A DNA stretch of 63,628 nucleotides, counting the filler. It is 5 parts of 5 records of this genome, joined end to end, with 100 filler letters (N's around TTAATTAATTAA, not from the genome) between each part and the next. Parts side by side here need not be neighbours in the genome. Positions count along the whole stretch, not along the records: positions 15,170 to 35,493 come from SRR2962707_1597; positions 35,594 to 45,905 come from SRR2962707_1603; 3 more parts are not named here. One strand, given 5' to 3'. The translations under genes were made by a program, and so were the position numbers. Each line of letters begins with the position of its first letter. Position 1 is the first letter of the stretch. Below are positions 34,611 to 42,605 of the stretch, piece after piece. The notes beneath the pieces were generated by a model. That model did not search any database, was not told the DNA's origin, and saw nothing but the letters and a program-made list of their open reading frames with translations.

Positions 34611-34757
34611 AGCGACTTTTTTATAAATTATTCCCTTATAGGTTTAATTCTTCAACATCTGCTTTTTAGTCTATCTAAGGGCTCTGCGTCGAAATGAGTT
34701 AATTTGATTCAAAGTACATTTTAACACTTTACCGTTTTATCAGCTAAACACCTTATC

Positions 34758-35438
34758 TTAAAACTCCGTATCTAATTTAATGTAATCTAAAAACTCTCTT
34801 CTAACAGCTGGGTCTTTAAACTTTCCACCAAATTCTGCAGTTACCGTGCTGCTTTCAATATCTCTAATTCCTCGAGAGTTTACACATAGGTGTTTTGCAT
34901 CAATCACACAGGCAACATCTTTAGTGCCAAGCGCTCTTTGAAGTTCTTGAACAACTTGCATAGTCATACGTTCTTGTACTTGCGGACGTTTTGCGTAATA
35001 ATCAACAATTCTATTCATTTTTGAAAGTCCAACAACACTTCCGTTAGAGATATAAGCAATGTGTGCTCTACCAACAATCGGTAATAAATGGTGCTCACAT
35101 GTAGAGTATACAGTAATGTTTTTTTCCACAAGCATTTCCCCATATTTGTATTTATTGGAGAATGTAGAAGCTTTTGGTTTTCTATCTGGGTGTAATCCAG
35201 CAAAGATTTCTTTTACAAACATTTTAGCAACTCTCCTAGGAGTTCCTCGTAAACTATCGTCTGTTAAATCCAAACCTAAAGTCTCCATAATATTATAGAC
35301 TTGAGATTCTATTTGTTCTATTTTTTCATCATCAGATATGTCAAAAGCATCTTTTCTCATAGGAGTTTCCGCTGCAGATGATACATGGTCGTTACCCAAT
35401 TCTTCAAAATGATCTTCTAAAGCTTTATCTATTTTCAT
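34758..35438 (-). CDS. folE: GTP cyclohydrolase I (type IA)
   Basis: TPRRVAK, STCEHHLLP, GLSKMNR, RPQVQER, HLCVNSRG. Confidence 0.96.
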   Translation of the reverse strand: MKIDKALEDHFEELGNDHVSSAAETPMRKDAFDISDDEKIEQIESQVYNIMETLGLDLTDDSLRGTPRRVAKMFVKEIFAGLHPDRKPKASTFSNKYKYGEMLVEKNITVYSTCEHHLLPIVGRAHIAYISNGSVVGLSKMNRIVDYYAKRPQVQERMTMQVVQELQRALGTKDVACVIDAKHLCVNSRGIRDIESSTVTAEFGGKFKDPAVRREFLDYIKLDTEF

Positions 35439-35493
35439 ATGTTTATTTTTATTGCTTTTTAAACCCTCATTGAGGGTTTTATTCCCCGACGTT

Positions 35494-35593
35494 NNNNNNN
35501 NNNNNNNNNNNNNNNNNNNNNNNNNNNNNNNNNNNNNTTAATTAATTAANNNNNNNNNNNNNNNNNNNNNNNNNNNNNNNNNNNNNNNNNNNN
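35494..35593. other. Artificial contig spacer
   Basis: N-run, TTAATTAATTAA, N-run. Confidence 0.97.
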
Positions 35594-35594
35594 T

Positions 35595-36308
35595 GGTGAA
35601 ATCGCCTTTGCACTGGGTGACTCGGTCAAGCTCGCCTGGGATGGCGATGCGGAAGCTGGTTTCACCGAGCCACTGTCCGAACTCCGCGCCATCGCAGCGA
35701 TCTATCCGAACTACATTCAGATCGTCGCTTCGGCCGAGTCTGGCATTGAAACGCTTGCCGACCTGGCCGGCAAACGCGTTTCGGTCGGCGCCCCCAAGTC
35801 GGGCACCGAGTTGAATGCACGCGCTATTCTGGCAGCTGCGGGCATGAGCTATGAAGACTTCGCCCAGACCGAATATCTGCCCTATGCAGAGTCGGCCGAG
35901 CTGATAAAGAACCGTCAGCTCGACGCGACACTGCAGTCGTCTGGTCTTGGCGTTGCCTTCATCAAGGATTTGGCGGCCTCGCTCGATATCAACATCGTAG
36001 AGATCCCGACATCTGTTGTTGAGACCGTGGGCGCCCCCTATGTGCCCAGCTACATTCCCGCAGGCACCTATAGCGGCCAGGACGATGATGTCACCACTGC
36101 GGCCATCGGCAATATGCTGGTCACCCATGCCGGTGTGAGTGACGAAACCGCCTACCAGATGACAAAGCTCCTGTTCGAAAACCTCGATGCGATGAAGGCG
36201 GCGCACAATGCTGCTGCAGGCATCACGCCGGAAGGTGCGCTGGTTGGTCTAACCATCCCGCTGCATCCGGGCGCGGAGCGGTACTACAAGGAAGCTGGCT
36301 TGATGTAA
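35595..36308 (+). CDS. TAXI-family TRAP transporter solute-binding protein (5' truncated)
   Basis: GEIAFALGDS...IYPNYIQIVA...GAPKSGTELNAR...IPLHPGAERYYKE. Confidence 0.9.
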   Translation, partial: GEIAFALGDSVKLAWDGDAEAGFTEPLSELRAIAAIYPNYIQIVASAESGIETLADLAGKRVSVGAPKSGTELNARAILAAAGMSYEDFAQTEYLPYAESAELIKNRQLDATLQSSGLGVAFIKDLAASLDINIVEIPTSVVETVGAPYVPSYIPAGTYSGQDDDVTTAAIGNMLVTHAGVSDETAYQMTKLLFENLDAMKAAHNAAAGITPEGALVGLTIPLHPGAERYYKEAGLM

Positions 36309-36386
36309 TCTTGCCGGTCGGCGGGGCGGCTGGACTTTGGTCCAGGCGACCCGCTGCCTTTGTGTCCTGCTCTGGGAGGAGTCAAA

Positions 36387-38504
36387 ATGACGCGCGACGA
36401 TACCAGTCCGGCGGCTCAACAGCCCGAGGTCTCGACTTTTCACGACCCCCTAGCCAAGGGTTTCCCGATCACCCGCGAGGGTAGAGCCCTTTTCTGGCTC
36501 GCCGTGGTCTTTTCAGTCTTCCAGATCATCACCGCGTTGCATCTGGTGGCGCTGCCCAGCATTGTGGTGCGCGGATTCCACGTCGGTTTTCTGCTGGCCT
36601 TGACCTTTCCGCTGATCGCCGTTAGCCGGGATTCGCGACCTCCGATAAAAGCCCTAGCATGGACGATGGCAGCGGCCGGATTCGGCGTCGCCATCTACCA
36701 GTTCGTCGAATATGTGCCGTTGATTACCCGTGCAGGCGATCCCACCACGCTTGATCTGGTGGTTGGCGTGATCGCGCTACTGACCCTGTTTTCCGCGGCC
36801 TGGCTCATCATGGGCCCTGCCCTGCCCATCATCTGCGGGCTCTTTCTGGCCTACTGCCTGTTTGGCCAATACCTGCCCTCCCCGCTGAACCACCGCGGCT
36901 ATGCATTCGAGCAGGTCATCGACCATATGGCCTATGGCACCGAGGGCATTTACGGCATCCCGACCCTGGTGTCCTCGACCTATATTTTCCTGTTCATCCT
37001 CTTCGGTTCGTTCCTCGAACGCGCAGGCATGATCAAGCTCTTTACCGATGTGTCCCTCGGGCTGGTTGGACATACCCAGGGCGGCGCGGCCAAGGTCGCT
37101 GTGATCTCGTCGGGCCTGATGGGCACCATTTCCGGTTCGGGCGTGGCCAATGTGGTCACCACCGGCCAGTTCACCATTCCGCTGATGAAACGTTTTGGTT
37201 ATCGCGCCGCCTTTGCCGGTGGCGTGGAGGCGACGTCGTCCATGGGCGCGCAGTTGATGCCGCCGGTGATGGGCGCGGTGGCCTTCATCATGGCCGAGAC
37301 GCTCGGCGTCGAATATATCGAAGTGGTCCGGGCGGCCATCATCCCGGCAATCCTCTATTTCATGTCGGCATTCTGGATGGTTCACCTCGAAGCGGGCCGC
37401 CGCTCGCTATTCGGCCTGCCGCGCAGCGAGCTTCCGTCGCCGCTCGCCGCCATCAAGGCGCAATGGTATCTGCTGCTGCCGCTGATCGCCCTCATATTCC
37501 TGCTGTTTTCCGGCTACACGCCGCTTTATGCGGGCACGATCGGCCTTGCGCTGACAGTGCTGCTCATCCTGGGTGGTTCGCTGGCGCTGCGTCTGCCGGG
37601 CAAGGTCATCAGGCTGATCTTCTGGATTGGCCTGGGGCTGGTCGCCGCCGCCCTGCTTCGGTTCGGGACCTATGTCATTGTCGCCGCTGTGCTTGGTCTC
37701 ATCGCGGCAAACCTATTTTCCAAGGGCGGGCGTGAAACCCTGGCCATCTGCCGCGATTCACTGGCCGAAGGTGCCCGCACGGCGCTGCCGGTCGGCATTG
37801 CGTGTGCCATTGTCGGCATCATTGTCGGCACCATGACTCTGACGGGCATGGCCAATACGTTTGGCCAGTTTATCGTCCATGTGGGGGAGTCCAACCTGTT
37901 CCTGTCACTGGTGCTGACCATGGTGACCTGCCTGCTGCTGGGCATGGGCATTCCCACTGTGCCCAACTACATCATCACCGCCACCATCGCCGGTCCTGCC
38001 CTGCTGCAGCTCGGCGTGCCGTTGATCGTCAGCCACATGTTCGTCTTCTATTTCGGCATTCTGGCTGATCTGACGCCACCTGTGGCACTGGCCTGCTTTG
38101 CCGCAGCGCCCATCGCCAAGGAGAACGGCCTCAAGATTTCGCTTGAGGCGATCAAGATCGCAGCAGCCGGTTTCGTCATTCCCTATATGGCCGTCTTCAC
38201 CCCGGCACTCATGTTGCAGGATGGCGGCGAACTGTCCGCCGCAATCGGGTTTTGGCCGGCAGTTGTGTACGTCGTGTTCAAAACCGTGTTGGCCATCGGC
38301 CTGTGGGGCGTTGCCGTGGTTGGCTTCCTGCATCGGCGGATGGGCTGGCCCGAGCGCGCTCTGGCCATGGCCGCAGCCTTTCTGTTGGTGGCGGCATTGC
38401 CAATGACCGACGGGCTTGGTCTTACCCTGGTTACCGTGTTCATTGCCTGGCAGGTCTGGTCGACGCGACGCAAAGGACCAGCCCCGACGGTCTCCAATGG
38501 CTGA
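36387..38504 (+). CDS. TRAP transporter fused 4TM/12TM permease
   Basis: SGSGVANVVTTGQFTIPLMK, PPVMGAVAFIMAE, ADLTPPVALA; RBS GGGAGGAG. Confidence 0.93.
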   Translation: MTRDDTSPAAQQPEVSTFHDPLAKGFPITREGRALFWLAVVFSVFQIITALHLVALPSIVVRGFHVGFLLALTFPLIAVSRDSRPPIKALAWTMAAAGFGVAIYQFVEYVPLITRAGDPTTLDLVVGVIALLTLFSAAWLIMGPALPIICGLFLAYCLFGQYLPSPLNHRGYAFEQVIDHMAYGTEGIYGIPTLVSSTYIFLFILFGSFLERAGMIKLFTDVSLGLVGHTQGGAAKVAVISSGLMGTISGSGVANVVTTGQFTIPLMKRFGYRAAFAGGVEATSSMGAQLMPPVMGAVAFIMAETLGVEYIEVVRAAIIPAILYFMSAFWMVHLEAGRRSLFGLPRSELPSPLAAIKAQWYLLLPLIALIFLLFSGYTPLYAGTIGLALTVLLILGGSLALRLPGKVIRLIFWIGLGLVAAALLRFGTYVIVAAVLGLIAANLFSKGGRETLAICRDSLAEGARTALPVGIACAIVGIIVGTMTLTGMANTFGQFIVHVGESNLFLSLVLTMVTCLLLGMGIPTVPNYIITATIAGPALLQLGVPLIVSHMFVFYFGILADLTPPVALACFAAAPIAKENGLKISLEAIKIAAAGFVIPYMAVFTPALMLQDGGELSAAIGFWPAVVYVVFKTVLAIGLWGVAVVGFLHRRMGWPERALAMAAAFLLVAALPMTDGLGLTLVTVFIAWQVWSTRRKGPAPTVSNG

Positions 38505-38895
38505 GGCACTGTGCATCCTGACGGCCGGCAAGATTGTTACTCTGGCCGTCGGTGCGTTTTCCCTGTCGTGGACGCACACTGTTGAACGCACCCAATGGCT
38601 GGAACATTGGCGCGTTCAATCGGACGGACTCCAGGTCACGGAGGCCATTATTCATGGATCGGGGGCTGGCATGGAGCCACCACCCGAGGCCGTCCGGCGC
38701 GATGATGGCTGGCACTACCGACCACATGTGCCGCCGGTAAAAGAGGTCGTTCTGGCATCGTCGGGTGCCGGCAACTCTGTCTGGACTCTGTGCGGCGGAG
38801 ACGATTGCCTCACCCTGGGTGCCGAGTATGGTCAGCCCGTCAGGTTATGGTCGGCCGGAAATTCCGCCATTTGCGAGTCGGAGCGGCATCAGTAG
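38497..38895 (+). CDS. DUF1850-family protein of the TAXI operon
   Basis: FSLSWTHTVERTQWLEHW, GSGAGMEPP; overlaps the permease stop. Confidence 0.8.
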   Translation: MAEALCILTAGKIVTLAVGAFSLSWTHTVERTQWLEHWRVQSDGLQVTEAIIHGSGAGMEPPPEAVRRDDGWHYRPHVPPVKEVVLASSGAGNSVWTLCGGDDCLTLGAEYGQPVRLWSAGNSAICESERHQ

Positions 38896-39124
38896 GTCGG
38901 ACCATCCCGTCCCAGCTTCTCCCGATAGCCAGCACCGTTGGACACTGTGATCGTTAGACGCATCTCCGAAGTCGAGGCGCTCCGTTCAACACTTCGGGGC
39001 GAGTGCGACTACCCAGTTTGCTCAGTAAAGTCGTGCATGAATGACCGGTTTCGGAGTTTCACCATTCGTCGTCGAACGTCGCCAAAGGGGTCGGAACCAG
39101 CCGATCAATGTACGATAGCAAGCC

Positions 39125-39343
39125 TCAGACTTTCACCGCTAGCCGCCGCTGTCTTGCCCGAACTGCAGCCAGATCATCATTTTGGCTGCGTAGGTTTGTC
39201 AGCTCCTGTTCCACGCGGCGCCAGATCGGCAGGTAGGTGACGCCCTGGTCTGGTGCCTCAGCCATGATCACGGCTAGCCGATCGAGCGCCCATTCGAGCG
39301 TTGCGATGGTGATTGGCTGGCCGGTCACATAGGGCTCGAACAT
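39125..39343 (-). CDS. Phage early-left hypothetical protein (72 aa)
   Basis: Tightly coupled to the upstream ORF in the leftward operon. Confidence 0.6.
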   Translation of the reverse strand: MFEPYVTGQPITIATLEWALDRLAVIMAEAPDQGVTYLPIWRRVEQELTNLRSQNDDLAAVRARQRRLAVKV

Positions 39344-39345
39344 TG

Positions 39346-39561
39346 TCAGTCTGCCGAGGCTTTAGCTGTTTGAGCTGTGGCGACGTCGGTGAACAGCACG
39401 TCCTCGAGGCGGTCGGCCGCGGGTTCGTCGGTCAGCGCAAGCACGGCAATGGCGTGTTCGATGCCGGCGCGAAAGGCTTCATTCTCACGCGCGCGAAGTT
39501 CATTGTAGACGCTAGTGTGTCGGGTAGGGGTGGGCTCGCGCTTTTGACGTGCTTCAGACAT
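39346..39561 (-). CDS. Phage early-left hypothetical protein (71 aa)
   Basis: ATG at 39561 with upstream AGGGGA RBS. Confidence 0.6.
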   Translation of the reverse strand: MSEARQKREPTPTRHTSVYNELRARENEAFRAGIEHAIAVLALTDEPAADRLEDVLFTDVATAQTAKASAD

Positions 39562-39621
39562 TGTGAATCCCCTGCCTGGGAGTGATCTGGCTGAGCGCCG
39601 ACTTGCTGGTGGCACTCGCCA

Positions 39622-40038
39622 TCACGACACCACGCGCAGTTGGGGCAGCTTGCGGCTGCGTTCAAAGGCATCGGCCGTGGACGCCATCATGTCAGGCCAG
39701 AGATCGGCGATTTCGCGGTTGGTTATCCCGTGCGCCCGCAGAGTGGCGTGCAGGGTGATTTCGGTTGGCATCTTGCCGAGCAGCAATTTGGTAGCGCGGA
39801 TCAACAGCTGCGCGCGGCTCTCGAAATTGGGACTGTCATCGACCTGCCGTACGACCTGCGCATGGGCGAGTTTGCGGGCTGCAAGGAAATGCGTCTTGAT
39901 CTCGGCCAAGGTGAAATGGGCGAGATCTTCTTCAAGCGTAGGCTCGCCATCGACGGCCTTGGCCAGAATAATGTCGCGCATGGCTGCAACGGTGGGGTGG
40001 GTGCCCTCTGAATTGGGCAGGGCGGCTGTGTTGAGCAT
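39622..40038 (-). CDS. Phage early-left hypothetical protein (138 aa)
   Basis: GGAGGG RBS; first gene downstream of the PL/OL region. Confidence 0.7.
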   Translation of the reverse strand: MLNTAALPNSEGTHPTVAAMRDIILAKAVDGEPTLEEDLAHFTLAEIKTHFLAARKLAHAQVVRQVDDSPNFESRAQLLIRATKLLLGKMPTEITLHATLRAHGITNREIADLWPDMMASTADAFERSRKLPQLRVVS

Positions 40039-40067
40039 GATGCCCTCCAGTGGTGAACTGGGAGCAT

Positions 40068-40119
40068 TGTTCTATTATCGCACATTCAGCGTCAAGTCCG
40101 TTTGTGCGATAATAGCACA
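40068..40119. promoter_or_regulatory. Left operators (two 17-bp sites) with PL -35 TTGACG (40090-40095, minus strand)
   Basis: TGTTCTATTATCGCACA (40068-40084) and TGTGCGATAATAGCACA (40103-40119). Confidence 0.8.
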
Positions 40120-40167
40120 TCGACATTTTGACGAAAACGACTCGACACCGAAATGGCAAAGTGGTTT

Positions 40168-40182
40168 GTTCCGCATATGTTC
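40168..40182. promoter_or_regulatory. Alphaproteobacterial LexA (SOS) box
   Basis: GTTC-CGCATAT-GTTC, i.e. GTTC-N7-GTTC, 22 nt upstream of the ATG at 40205. Confidence 0.8.
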
Positions 40183-40204
40183 TTATTTTGAGCAGGGACT
40201 ACCC

Positions 40205-40465
40205 ATGCCGACTTACCGAGAGTTTTCGATGCACCTGCGTTGCAATAACTGCGTACGCCCTTCAGTGCGTAGCGTTATGGTGCCAAAAGTCGAAGGCGCG
40301 CCATCCACAGTTGAAGAGTTCTTGAACAGTGCCGCCATGGAGGGCGTACCGTTTCATTGCCGCTACTGCGAAAGCAGCATTGGAACGCTGGTGGCAGTCA
40401 CTATGGTTGGGGCAGATATTGAAGAGGTGTGGGAAGCGCCCGAGACCATGCATGGTGTCGCCTAG
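40205..40465 (+). CDS. Small CxxC...CxxC (putative zinc-binding) protein, 86 aa
   Basis: RBS AGGGA; LRCNNC and FHCRYC; convergent with cI, stop codons overlapping. Confidence 0.7.
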   Translation: MPTYREFSMHLRCNNCVRPSVRSVMVPKVEGAPSTVEEFLNSAAMEGVPFHCRYCESSIGTLVAVTMVGADIEEVWEAPETMHGVA

Positions 40466-41145
40466 TAGGCGAAACGTGTAACCACATTGCGCAGTAGGGC
40501 GATGATCTCGACTGATACGCCTTTATCGGCCTGGTAGTCGTGGTCGACTACAATGGGTCGGTGCTTTGGATTGTTCGACCTGGGCTGGAACTCGATACGG
40601 TCGTCAAAAAACTGAACCTGCTTGATCGACCATTCGCGCGTAAGGCCGCCGTCGCGGGTTCTTTCCACTATGACGACCATACCGTCGCGGATCTTGATCT
40701 GGTCGGCAATGTCCTCAAAGGCAACGCAGATGGCGCGGTCGCCATCGAGAATTGGACGCGGCGAAAGGCTGTTCATGCTGTCGCCCTCAACATCGAATGC
40801 CATGCGACGTGCGTGGGGAAACTGATCGTCTGGTGGCAGTGAGATCCATGACACCTCAGACTGGTCCATGTCGTCCACTTCGCGAAACACGCCTGCGGCC
40901 ACCTTGCCAACGATGGGCATGGGGGCAGTTTCACTTGGGGTCAGCCTAACCGTCGATTGAGGTGGCGGGACGCCCAGATAGGCCGCTGCCGGAATTAACT
41001 CAGCGCTCGACAGTTTCCTCTTGTTGCTCAGGATCTTGCTGACAGCGGAAGGGTGCAGACCAAGAGCCGTCGCAAGCCCGCTCTGGTTTTTTCCAGGCTG
41101 TTCCAAGCCAGTCTTCAGCCATTCGATGTAAGGATCTACGATCAT
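40462..41145 (-). CDS. CI-like phage repressor (HTH plus S24 peptidase)
   Basis: HTH NQSGLATALGLHPSAVSKIL; A-G cleavage site VAAG; catalytic Ser (GDSM) and Lys (SIKQ). Confidence 0.9.
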   Translation of the reverse strand: MIVDPYIEWLKTGLEQPGKNQSGLATALGLHPSAVSKILSNKRKLSSAELIPAAAYLGVPPPQSTVRLTPSETAPMPIVGKVAAGVFREVDDMDQSEVSWISLPPDDQFPHARRMAFDVEGDSMNSLSPRPILDGDRAICVAFEDIADQIKIRDGMVVIVERTRDGGLTREWSIKQVQFFDDRIEFQPRSNNPKHRPIVVDHDYQADKGVSVEIIALLRNVVTRFAY

Positions 41146-41230
41146 GTGCGTTTTTCGCACAATGTATGCCCTGTTGTCATGTGCTTTTATGGAACAAAAT
41201 GGATTGACCATATTGTGCGATTCTAGCACA
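41145..41230. promoter_or_regulatory. Right operators (three 17-bp sites) with PR -35 TTGACC (41204-41209)
   Basis: TGTGCGTTTTTCGCACA (41145-41161), TGTGCTTTTATGGAACA (41180-41196), TGTGCGATTCTAGCACA (41214-41230). Confidence 0.8.
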
Positions 41231-41238
41231 TTGACGCC

Positions 41239-41490
41239 ATGCAACAGGCTCTTGAACCGGCAACCCGGATAATCGAACACTTTGGCGGACACATGGTTGT
41301 TCGCTCCATCACGGGTGTCAGTCGAACTCGCGTCTATCGGTGGACACGGCCAAAATCTGAAGGCGGCACAGGCGGTCTAATTCCAACTGACCATGCCATC
41401 AAACTGCTTCGGCATGCCAAAGAGCACGGCATCTCCATAACAGCCGATGACTTTCTGCCCATTGGTTTGGAATTCGAGGCTCAACCATGA
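41239..41490 (+). CDS. Cro-like transcriptional regulator
   Basis: IIEHFGG...GVSRTRVYRW...GGTGGLIP...ITADDF; divergent from cI. Confidence 0.85.
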   Translation: MQQALEPATRIIEHFGGHMVVRSITGVSRTRVYRWTRPKSEGGTGGLIPTDHAIKLLRHAKEHGISITADDFLPIGLEFEAQP

Positions 41491-41780
41491 TGGGCGCACC
41501 GCGGGCCATTCGTCGAGACCGTGCTGGCATTGCTGCGCTCAGCCCGCATCGGCGCGGTCTGGCGCAGAGTGGCGCCGTGCAGGCGTTTGTGCATGAGGGG
41601 CACAATTTTGCCCATTGCCTGGAGCTGCGCACCACCGGCGCGCTGGGCACGTTGCTGCTGAGCCGACAGAACCTTGATGAACTCAAGCGGGTCGTGGACG
41701 CGGCCGAAGAAGCCTTTGACGCGCTTGATGACAGGGACGGTTCACCGTTTCTGCGCGGGCCGCAAAAGCTGACGTTCTGA
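41487..41780 (+). CDS. Phage hypothetical protein
   Basis: ATGA coupling to cro. Confidence 0.55.
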   Translation: MMGAPRAIRRDRAGIAALSPHRRGLAQSGAVQAFVHEGHNFAHCLELRTTGALGTLLLSRQNLDELKRVVDAAEEAFDALDDRDGSPFLRGPQKLTF

Positions 41781-42286
41781 TGGACGTGTTTTCGCGACCA
41801 GCTGCGTCACCGTTCTCACCTGCCTCGCCCTTGTCGCCGTCGGCGATCGATGGCGCCACCCCACCAAAATCTTGCCACAGCCAACCAGGAGCGCGCTCGA
41901 TGACCCCAATCTCCATCGCCGTGTCGGCATCCAAGGGAAAATACTATGGCCGGTCGGCGCGTGAGCTCAGCCTGATTGGGCGCAGCCGTCAGTCATCGCA
42001 TGATCCACTGCAGGGGCAGGGTGGGCCGCAGCGGGCCAGTGCGGTGCGGCTCAAGGCGCAATGGTCGGCGCGCAATGGCGAGCGGTTCCGCATCGGCACG
42101 GGGCTGGGCCTTTATTTGAGCGGGGACGGGCAGGGGGTAACCCCAAGGCGTGCCGAGGCGTGGTTTGGCACTTTTGATCAGGCCCAACTGGCGCTGCAAC
42201 GCTTTGCGTCGGCTCAGGACATGCGTCCCCTGCGGGTGATCGACAAGCTGCTGCCCGATCGCGCCAGCCTGTCGAACTTGGGGTGA
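41780..42286 (+). CDS. Phage hypothetical protein (true start may be 41900)
   Basis: In operon order; alternative ATG at 41900 has an AGGAG RBS. Confidence 0.5.
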   Translation: MDVFSRPAASPFSPASPLSPSAIDGATPPKSCHSQPGARSMTPISIAVSASKGKYYGRSARELSLIGRSRQSSHDPLQGQGGPQRASAVRLKAQWSARNGERFRIGTGLGLYLSGDGQGVTPRRAEAWFGTFDQAQLALQRFASAQDMRPLRVIDKLLPDRASLSNLG

Positions 42287-42603
42287 TGGCCATGGGTCAG
42301 GCGCAAGTAAGCACTGCTCACAAAATAAACGGCGATGGTTCGGTGGCGGACACAAGCTTTGCGCAGGACCAGTTGCGGGCCCTGGTCGAGCGTATTGAGC
42401 GGATGGAGGCGGAGAAAGCCGCCATCGGCGCAGACATCAAAGAGATCTACGCCGAGGCCAAGGGCAATGGCTTTGACACCAAAATCCTGCGGCGAATCGT
42501 CAATATCCGCAAGCAGGATCCCCAGGAGCGGGCTGAGCAGGAAGCTGTGCTCGAACTCTATATGCAGGCGCTGGGCATGATCCCGGCCGGCGATGGCGGC
42601 TGA
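42286..42603 (+). CDS. GapR/DUF2312-family DNA-binding protein
   Basis: [45 protein letters not shown]...ELYMQALGM. Confidence 0.92.
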   Translation: MAMGQAQVSTAHKINGDGSVADTSFAQDQLRALVERIERMEAEKAAIGADIKEIYAEAKGNGFDTKILRRIVNIRKQDPQERAEQEAVLELYMQALGMIPAGDGG

Positions 42604-42605
42604 GC

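Noticed and set aside
39563-40204. N-terminal 214 codons of the 300-aa ORF 39563-40465
   Set aside because: Antisense to a likely real gene and runs through OL and the LexA box; the RBS supports a start at 40205.
41146-41292. 49-aa N-terminal extension of cI in the ORF track
   Set aside because: Overlaps OR and cro; the HTH begins shortly after Met at 41145.
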